Shown here one piece after another: positions 37,280 to 45,100 of a stretch of DNA of 62,843 nucleotides. A model generated the notes under the pieces. That model did no database searches. It had not been told where the DNA came from and saw only the letters and a list, made by a program, of their open reading frames with translations. The DNA is from an uncultured Alphaproteobacteria bacterium (lineage in GTDB: Bacteria; Electryoneota; RPQS01; DYHQ01): positions 1 to 62,843 of the forward strand of contig CAZJAD010000004.1 in assembly GCA_964543855.1 (NCBI GenBank). Reading direction: 5' to 3'. Made by a program: the position numbers and the translations under genes. Each line of letters opens with the position of its first letter. The first letter of the stretch is position 1.

Positions 37280-38464
37280 TTAAGAAGCTCCTTCTTCTGT
37301 CATCCTCTTCTTCAAGGAATGAATCTTGTCCTCTACGTTCTCGAACATTGCCTGCTGGCTGTGGACATTCTCGAAATGGGCCAGAGCCTGAGATAGATTC
37401 CCCAACATCTTGTGAACTTCCCCTTTGATGAGCTCCAAACGAAGTCGATCCTCGGGAGGCTGCTCTTCACTTTTCTCGAAGCTCTCCAAGAGCGCCAGAG
37501 CTTTCTCCGGGTTGCCTCTCGCCATGACACATTGGGCTGTGGCCAAGTCGGCCTTGAAACAGAAGTTGCTATCACGCCGAGCCTGCTTGAATTCGCTTAT
37601 GGCCGCATCCCACAGCTTCATCTCTTGATACACGACGCCTAAGTCGTAGTGATCCCGACCTTCACCTTCCGGCAGGCCGGTCTCTTCCGGACTCTCCGGA
37701 GTCGCTTCACGCGGTGGCTCACGAGTGACCGGAGGCTGGGATGCTTCAGATGCGAATGCGCCTCTCGACTCGTCCTCAAAGGCTGGCGCACCATCTCCCG
37801 CGGTGTCCAAGGTCATCAGCCCTTCCGCGCCTCCTGCCACATGGACGGGTTCAGTCTCCGGTGGTAGCTCATCCTCGTGAGGAGCTGTCTCAACTGGTTC
37901 TGCCTGCTCCACGACTTTCTGGCGGGAGTCTACGAACTTCTCCAGATCCGTCTGAAGCTCCTGGTCCTCAATCTGCGCATCTCGGAACAGGGGCAGGAGC
38001 TCCTCAAGGAGATGAGCATGAGTCAGGTCACGTTCAATGACCCTGCGGAAGAACGCACGCAGTCCAGGTTCAGATGGGGGACTGCAGAGGCGCAAGTAGG
38101 TCCGCAGTGAGGCCAGGGAATCGGCGACATACCCCATGGCGAAGTAGTGTTCAGCGAGCATCAGATGGAGATCCGTCTCGTCGGGGCTGGTGCGGAGGAT
38201 TTTGGTCGTGAGCGCCAGCGCATTCTCGTGGAGGCCCTCGCGCGCATATCCATCGGCGGCTCGACGCCACGCCTCGACCGCTCCTTGAAGAGATTTGCTC
38301 CGAAAGCGTACGTCACCGACAGCGTTCCAAGCAGCGCAGTTCTTTTCATCAGCCGAAGCGGTTTTTTCGAGCTCAGCAAGCGCCTTTTTCCATTTTCTCT
38401 GGCGCAGCAAATCGCGTGTGCGTCGCTCGGGTCGCAGTTGGTGACCGAATAGTCTCATCAGCAT
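37280..38464 (-). CDS. TPR-repeat protein with acidic Pro/Glu-rich linker
   Basis: TPR-like helices flank an acidic low-complexity segment (EQAEPVETAPHEDELPPETEP...PPREATPESPEETGLPEGEG). The start was chosen at Met 38464, 5 nt after the upstream stop. The ORF track runs to 38680 but overlaps the PilX-like gene. Confidence 0.65.
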   Translation of the reverse strand: MLMRLFGHQLRPERRTRDLLRQRKWKKALAELEKTASADEKNCAAWNAVGDVRFRSKSLQGAVEAWRRAADGYAREGLHENALALTTKILRTSPDETDLHLMLAEHYFAMGYVADSLASLRTYLRLCSPPSEPGLRAFFRRVIERDLTHAHLLEELLPLFRDAQIEDQELQTDLEKFVDSRQKVVEQAEPVETAPHEDELPPETEPVHVAGGAEGLMTLDTAGDGAPAFEDESRGAFASEASQPPVTREPPREATPESPEETGLPEGEGRDHYDLGVVYQEMKLWDAAISEFKQARRDSNFCFKADLATAQCVMARGNPEKALALLESFEKSEEQPPEDRLRLELIKGEVHKMLGNLSQALAHFENVHSQQAMFENVEDKIHSLKKRMTEEGAS

Positions 38465-38469
38465 GTTCC

Positions 38470-40113
38470 TCAACTGATCTGTCGCCAGCTTCCTCGCTGG
38501 ATCGTATGAACTCGCGGCGTACCGGGTGGCCAGTTCGCGGGATCCAAGAGATCCACATCGAATCCCCAATTTCGATTTGGCGCCGTGTAATAGCCGCCGT
38601 ATTCCCAACTTCCGGTGGCCTTCCGGCTGAACCAGAGGTCGATGATGCTCCCGCGGAAGTTCAAGTTCACTCCAGACCATCTCTCAAGAAAGCGGAACAG
38701 GTTCTCAAGCCCTCCGCTATATGTGCCGCCGTAGATGGTTTCCACATGCCCGGTCATGATGCAGGCATTAACCGTCGTGGCGACGGCATTGCGATTGTAC
38801 AACGGACCGGACGATTTGGAATCATCCCAGTTGGAAGAAAGGATCGTGATGGCGTCGCAAATGAGCGCCGACCCCTTCTTGTTGACGTTGTTGTAGTTTC
38901 CCCACACGTAGAGGGGATTGTCGGTGGCAATCGTAAGTCCTCCATCAGGCAGGAGGGAGGCGTTGCGTATGCGCACAGCGTCGTGCGCGCCTGCTCCTGA
39001 GATGTAGAGAATTCCATTGCAGGGCGTGTATCCATTCGCCATCATCGCGCCGACATCGAGCTCGAGCACATCCATCCACTCGCCCTCGCGGTCATCCCAA
39101 TATGAATTCGGCGCGTAGTTCATCACACTGGATGGTGGGCTCAACGGGTTGCCGCTGCTGTCGGTCATGACGCCATCGACGATTCGCGTGCAGGCTTTGT
39201 ACCAGTACCTGGCATCAACGAGCTCCGGCGGGTCACCGGCTTGTCCGCGTTCGATGATCTCATACATATCCGTCAGAGGAGGCAGGGGCAGCGTGAGGTC
39301 GTGGGTGCTGTGAGCACCATCACGCACCATTCCGCCCCAGCGCTCGATCGCCTCCGTCGCCCAGGTCGCTTGTCTCTCGTCCAGCCAATAGGCGCCGGTC
39401 CACATGTTCCGATAGGTGCCCGTTTGATCGCGGATTAACACGAAACCGGGTGGGTCGACATGGCCGCCATCCTTGCGGTAATGCCAGATATCCCCCACTG
39501 CTGTTACATAGGAATCGCAGAAGATCCCCGACTCCGCGCCGATATAGAGGTCGCGGTTTGTATGTATCCGGCCAAGAAAGGTCATCTGGGGACCCGGAAA
39601 GATTTCCAGATCATCATCATAGAAAACACCGAACTGGAAGAGAGGGATGAATTGGTGTTCGATGACCCGTTCGATTCTCGCCGAACGCCGACCCCCCTGC
39701 GCCTCACTGGTAATCACATACTTTTTGATATAGCCAGTCAGACCGACGTAATCACCAGACTGGATCACTTCCTGGAGCAGACCTCCCTGTGGTACAATCG
39801 AATAGGCCGAGAACTGGAAGCCCTCCAGTGACGGCTGAGGAAGGTTGTCCAACACTGCCTGGCTGGGCGAGAGATTGTTGGGGAGCAAGGCGGCCAATTC
39901 GCCTGCGGCCCACTCGGCCCCCGCCTCTGCCGCACAAAAGGTCCTCACATCATCGACATCCCGAGCCGTGACCCGAGCCTGGCCGATGGACCGGATGGCC
40001 GTCGTGGCGCCCACAAAGAGCATCACCGACATCATCACGACGGCGAGGACCAGCACCGCGCCTTTCTCGCTGGAGCGGCGCTCTTTTTCCTTACCTTTCT
40101 TCTTCCGAATCAT
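38470..40113 (-). CDS. large PilX_N-domain pilus assembly protein
   Basis: 547 aa. The N-terminus has a basic leader, a TM helix, and GAVLVLAVVMMSVMLFVGATTAIRSIGQARVTARDVDDVRTFCAAEAGAEWA (the PilX N-terminal pattern ...AR....A...AEAG.E). A large extracytoplasmic domain follows. Confidence 0.65.
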   Translation of the reverse strand: MIRKKKGKEKERRSSEKGAVLVLAVVMMSVMLFVGATTAIRSIGQARVTARDVDDVRTFCAAEAGAEWAAGELAALLPNNLSPSQAVLDNLPQPSLEGFQFSAYSIVPQGGLLQEVIQSGDYVGLTGYIKKYVITSEAQGGRRSARIERVIEHQFIPLFQFGVFYDDDLEIFPGPQMTFLGRIHTNRDLYIGAESGIFCDSYVTAVGDIWHYRKDGGHVDPPGFVLIRDQTGTYRNMWTGAYWLDERQATWATEAIERWGGMVRDGAHSTHDLTLPLPPLTDMYEIIERGQAGDPPELVDARYWYKACTRIVDGVMTDSSGNPLSPPSSVMNYAPNSYWDDREGEWMDVLELDVGAMMANGYTPCNGILYISGAGAHDAVRIRNASLLPDGGLTIATDNPLYVWGNYNNVNKKGSALICDAITILSSNWDDSKSSGPLYNRNAVATTVNACIMTGHVETIYGGTYSGGLENLFRFLERWSGVNLNFRGSIIDLWFSRKATGSWEYGGYYTAPNRNWGFDVDLLDPANWPPGTPRVHTIQRGSWRQIS

Positions 40114-40143
40114 CGCTCACCTCCGCAGACTCAATCTCATCTC

Positions 40144-40911
40144 TTATCCAAGCCACAAATTCCGACCGCGAATCCGGCTCGTCAGCCAGAATCGCAGATA
40201 ACCATCGTACGCATAAGTTCCGTCAGGGAACGAGCTGTAGTAAGTGCGCTGCGTGTCTTCGAAATCGGACCGCGTCACCAAGACAATCTCGACCTCGGTC
40301 ACTCGGCGGCGTTCACCGGCCGTCAGCGGGCCAAGGTGGCCGGCCACCGGCACACGGTTCCCGTCACGATCGTAGTACAGAAATATACAGCGCTCCACAT
40401 TGCGTCCCAGATAGCGATCGACGGGGGCCTCCCACCTCACCGAATCTCGCGACCATTCCCATATCGTTGCATGAAGATCGAGGCCGCTGCGCCAGATCCA
40501 CACGGTTTCCGTGAATGCGTCATCGTCGACATCCCCCGTGAAAATGAGCTCGGTACCGCTGGCGAACTCAAAATCATCGAGGACAGAGTCGGCCCAGGCT
40601 TCTCCCGTCACATCGGTGTCAATGTCGTCGGATGTTCCGTCAGCGTCGAGCGATGCCACGAGACCGACCAGGCGAATCTCCTTGGCCAGACGCTTCATAA
40701 TCAGCCTTCCGTTGGCCCGCGCCTCGTCTTCACGCCCTTCGACAGCCGCGTACCGAATCATGCCATGAAAGATGCCCGCCGCCGTCCCAACAAGGACCAC
40801 CGCAAGCGTCATGCTCAGAATGAGTTCCATTAGGGAGAATCCGAGTCCCCGCGATCGGTCGGTTGTTCGCTCCCACGGCCCATTGAGCTTCAACTGTGTT
40901 TTGCTTCTCAT
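40144..40911 (-). CDS. minor pilin, PilW-like (prepilin-type N-terminal cleavage/methylation domain)
   Basis: 255 aa. Leader ...RSRGLG then FSLMELILSMTLAVVLVG, a class III signal with Glu at +5. Confidence 0.75.
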   Translation of the reverse strand: MRSKTQLKLNGPWERTTDRSRGLGFSLMELILSMTLAVVLVGTAAGIFHGMIRYAAVEGREDEARANGRLIMKRLAKEIRLVGLVASLDADGTSDDIDTDVTGEAWADSVLDDFEFASGTELIFTGDVDDDAFTETVWIWRSGLDLHATIWEWSRDSVRWEAPVDRYLGRNVERCIFLYYDRDGNRVPVAGHLGPLTAGERRRVTEVEIVLVTRSDFEDTQRTYYSSFPDGTYAYDGYLRFWLTSRIRGRNLWLG

Positions 40912-40946
40912 ACGACTCCACTCCTCTCCGCATCTAAAATCGCACC

Positions 40947-41312
40947 CTATATATTGGCAAAGAAGCTGACCAGCGTCACCCGCCTTTGATCATCGTTGAA
41001 GAAGACCCGCACGGTGACTCGCTTCACCTGTCCGGCGTCAATGACCTCGGTCTGGTGTCGGTAGTCGGGAAACTCCGCGTACTCTCCGTACGCACCCTCG
41101 CTGCTGACAATCTGGTTGAACCTTGTGTTGCGCAGATCTTCCATGACGCGACTGGCAAGATTGATGGCCGTGTCCTGTCTCTCGCTATATCGGTTCGCGC
41201 GGGCCATTGCCACGTACGAACTGGCAATGATCAGAAAGCCCAACACAAGGATCAGCGTCGTCATGACGATTTCTATCAGGGTGAATCCCCTGTCCTTGCG
41301 CCACCTTTTCAT
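40947..41312 (-). CDS. minor pilin, PilV-like (prepilin-type N-terminal domain)
   Basis: MKRWRKDRG then FTLIEIVMTTLILVLGFL. ATG 41312 lies 6 nt after AAGGAG; the ORF track starts at GTG 41330. Confidence 0.78.
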   Translation of the reverse strand: MKRWRKDRGFTLIEIVMTTLILVLGFLIIASSYVAMARANRYSERQDTAINLASRVMEDLRNTRFNQIVSSEGAYGEYAEFPDYRHQTEVIDAGQVKRVTVRVFFNDDQRRVTLVSFFANI

Positions 41313-41331
41313 CGTTCTCTCCTTTACCACT

Positions 41332-42087
41332 CTATCTCAAGGACTGAGCCACACCAAGTGAGAATCCCCATTCCCCTTGGCCGGACGCACTGACTCCGGC
41401 GGTCACATAGTAACCGTCCGGCAAGAGCCAGTTGACTCCGAGGAGTCCCTGCAGTCTCTGGGTCACATCCGTGTAGCTGCGTTTTCCACCGGCATCGGGT
41501 CGTTCGGTGCCCAGGAACTCCACCGTCGTCTCGCGCGTCCCAAAGAGAACCGTTTGCATCAAGCCCATGTAGGGCGTCACTCGGCCGAAGCGATAGCCAA
41601 CGGTCAGCGTCGGAGTGAATTCCTGCCATATATACCGGTTGCTCAATGTCTTCTGGGCACTCGAAGTCTCGCCATCTGCGATGAATCCAAGATAGCTCGC
41701 GCTTAGCTGAAGCTGCCACAGTTCTTGTCTGTGCGGATACCCCAGTCGGAGCCCGCCACCCCACGCAAAAGACCAATTCGAGTGGTAGGCTGAATAGTTT
41801 GCGGGACCCGAGCGGAACCTGAGATCGGCGGTTCCCGCGGCCACATCCGCATCAACTCCGGGAGCAAGGCCGAAGCTCGCCCGTAACAAGACCCGCTGGG
41901 TCTCGACCTCGTCATCCTGCGCCGCGCCCTCGTAAGCATCGTTTTCGACGGCGTAGTGCATGCCCGAGAACTCCACGGTCATGGCGACAGCATCGGTTCC
42001 GATACAGAAGGCTGGCCTGCCGACCAACCCTCCCCCGAAAGCCATCGGCGCACACAGCGCAATAATGAGAACCACGATCCCGAACAT
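41332..42087 (-). CDS. outer-membrane beta-barrel protein (OmpA/OmpW-size barrel)
   Basis: Signal peptide MFGIVVLIIALCAPMAFG. Eight or more amphipathic beta-strand-like segments (RVLLRASFGLA, WSFAWGGGLRLGY, WQLQLSASYLGF, TLTVGYRF, LLGVNWLL, YYVTAGVSA, WGFSLGVAQSL). ATG 42087 follows GGAGG. Confidence 0.6.
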   Translation of the reverse strand: MFGIVVLIIALCAPMAFGGGLVGRPAFCIGTDAVAMTVEFSGMHYAVENDAYEGAAQDDEVETQRVLLRASFGLAPGVDADVAAGTADLRFRSGPANYSAYHSNWSFAWGGGLRLGYPHRQELWQLQLSASYLGFIADGETSSAQKTLSNRYIWQEFTPTLTVGYRFGRVTPYMGLMQTVLFGTRETTVEFLGTERPDAGGKRSYTDVTQRLQGLLGVNWLLPDGYYVTAGVSASGQGEWGFSLGVAQSLR

Positions 42088-42167
42088 TTCGCCCTCCAAG
42101 AACTAACAGCGGCTAATTCCTTCCGTTGTGCTCAGGTCACGCAGGCGTCCGCGTCACCCGAGGTTGA

Positions 42168-45100
42168 CTACCGATCGACTCTCCCAACGGCGGGAGGATC
42201 GACCGGGGACTCCTCTGGGGGCATCTGCGGAAGCAAGAGAAAAGTCTCTGTAAAAGCCCAGAGGTCGCCGTTCTTCGACTCAACCTCAATGAGCACCGGC
42301 GTGGCCGTCGCATCATCCTGAGTCGTCAAATTATTGAAGAAAGATATGGTGTAGATGGTGTCGCCTGGACACTCCACCGTGAACACGTTTGGATAGGTTA
42401 ATCCGGCGTTCGCACTGAGGCGCACGATAGACTCCGAATCAATAGGCCAGTGATTCCCGCCTTCCCAGAGTTCGAAAGTAACCAGGGCATTCTGGCCGAT
42501 GTAGAGTGTTCGTTCATTCGGGTCGCCGTTCACTGTGGCCTGGAGGATTTGGATATAATCATAAGGCGCAGTGAAACGAACCCAGCAAGTCGCCCATACA
42601 ATGGCGCTCTGATTGTTTTGTGTTTCGCCCTCGGTGGTAACGAGGACCTTGGCAATGCCATCGCGATCCGGCGCACCCCAACAGTTTATCTGGCCACCCA
42701 GATTCGGATCTTCCAGCGTGTTCCACCATCGGTCAAGCGTTGGCATCGGATTACCGCCGAAGAGAAGCACGGAGGCAAACCCGTCGGCGTCGGTGAAACC
42801 CGTTGCCGTCGCTATGACCCCTCCCGATGTCGTGAAGTACACAGCGGTTCCCTCGGTCACAGGGTTGTTCCATCGATCACCGACGATGGCCGTGATGCGC
42901 ACCGAATCACCGACGGCGCTCCAGCCCATGAGATCACACGGCTCAGAGGCAACTTTGATGTGACTTGTATTGAAATAACCGCAGCCGTCGGGATTGTAGA
43001 TATCTTCGATGTAAGGCGGTCCGGCGTAGATGAGAATCTCCGTCGTGATGGCTGAGACATTATACGAATTGCCTTCACACGTGCCATGACTGCGGGCACG
43101 AATGCGAACGGTTCCGGAACGATAGCCACTGGTGTACGACACACTGGCCTGCCCGTTAATCGTGGGAATCGAGTCTTCGGATGAGAGACTACCCATGGAA
43201 TCAGGATGCGTTATCGGCTGGGAGTAGATGTCAAACCATACCAGGGTCCCGTCAACCACGGGATTGTTGCTGGCATCTTTAACTGTCGCCGTAATCAGGA
43301 GAGTCTCGTTGCGACCACTCTCGCGCACACCGACAGAGTGAGGGTAGTACTCCATCTCTACACTCCACGGACAGCCGGGTACCAGATAGATCGTGTAGTT
43401 ATCACTGCCGGTTCCGGCGCTTGCCGTGATCGTGGCAATGCCGGTTGTCGGCGACGAGAAGGCTACGCGCGCCACTCCGTCTCCGTTCGTTGTCCGACTC
43501 TGGGGGATGTTTCCGATTGTGGTCTGAAACTGAACCTCCACATTGGAGAGCAAATGGCCTACTGCATCCGTCACGGTGGCGTAGATCGTGTCGACCGAGA
43601 TACCATCGGCTTTCAGTGTGTCGCTCTGCGCGGCCAATTGAACAACCGCGGGCGGTCCAACCCTGTAAATCACCTGAACGCTGTCGCGAGCGCTGGGATT
43701 GGCTGCGGCCCATGCCAGAACCATCACGGTGTCCGGGTCTGCTCCGGACGTGAGGACATTCGTCGCCGCACCACCGGTGGTTGTGCGGAGATTCTCAATC
43801 GATCCCGAATTAGGCACAAGTGAGAACTGAATCTGCGTGCCGTTGGGTACGGGATTGCCACCCTGATCTGTTACGACCACCGTGATGATGGAGGTAGAGG
43901 AATTGTCTGCGAGGATGATCGTCGGATTCGCCGACAGGTACAGGTAGGTGGGTGTGGATTCCGCAAACCCGACCTCCACCGTATCTCTCAGCGTGTTGCC
44001 GTAGCGTGCGATCACCCTGGCATTGCCGGTTGTTGTCCCAGATGTCAGCGTCACGGTCGCGATCCCTGAGCTGTTGGTCATCGCCATATTCGGGATGCTA
44101 CCCAAGCTCGTTCCAAAATACACGACCGCCTCTCCAATGGCTACCGTGCTCGTCGTCTCATAGAGCTGCGCTTGAATGCTTGATGTCGAATGCCCGTCGG
44201 CCACGATCATTCCGGGGCTGGCAGAACAGACGAGTGTGACGCCAAGCACGGAGACAGTCGCTTCCGATGTTCCCCGCTCGATGAGCGCTTCGATTTGCGT
44301 CTCCACATCTTGATTAATAGCACTGCTTCTGAAAGTCGCGTAAGCGTATCCGTCCACGCCCGTCGACACGACTGAGGGAGTCACCGTCCCGACTCCCGAC
44401 AAGACCGTGAATGTCACCTCCTCGCCTGCGGTCGGCCATCCGCCTTCATCAACGACATAAGCCTGGAGTTGAGTCGTGGAAACGCCGTTGCCCAGAAGCG
44501 TTGGGCTCTCGGAGTAGAGAGCGATTACATCACCTTGTGTGGAAATCATACTGACCTGTGTCATGGCCCGCAGCGTGTCACCGTACTGAGCGGTGACGCT
44601 GGCAAGACCAACGGTCACGCCTGATGTGAGCGAGACGCTTGCCATGCCACTGGTGTTCGTCTGCCCGCTTTGTGGAATCGAGCCCAGCGTTGTCGCAAAG
44701 ATGACCGTGACATCGGCCAGAGCGACATGAGAGCTCGTTTCGGTGACCTGAGCCCGCACCTGTGTCGTTGCCTCTCCATCAGCCGGGAGAATTTGGTTTT
44801 GAGCAGTCACGGTGATCGTGATGCCGCGCATATGGATGGTCACATCGTCGGAAAGCCCACCAGTCGCTGCGGTCACCTGCTGAGTCTCATCGGCGCTCGA
44901 CGCTCCAGATCGGAATGTCGCCAGCGCAATACCCGAACTGTCGGTCACCGATTGCGTAGGATACACGGTTCCAATTCCGGAACCGACTTGCCATGTGACC
45001 TGTGCTCCGAATACCGGTACCGCACTTTCATCGACCACATAAGCCTCCAGAGCTGTGGTGGCCATCCCATCCGCGAGCAGGGATGTTGACTCTGCCTGCA

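Noticed and set aside
38465-38680. N-terminal extension of the TPR ORF
   Set aside because: It overlaps the 3' end of the PilX-like gene by about 210 nt. The Met at 38464, 5 nt after the upstream stop, gives a normal operon junction.
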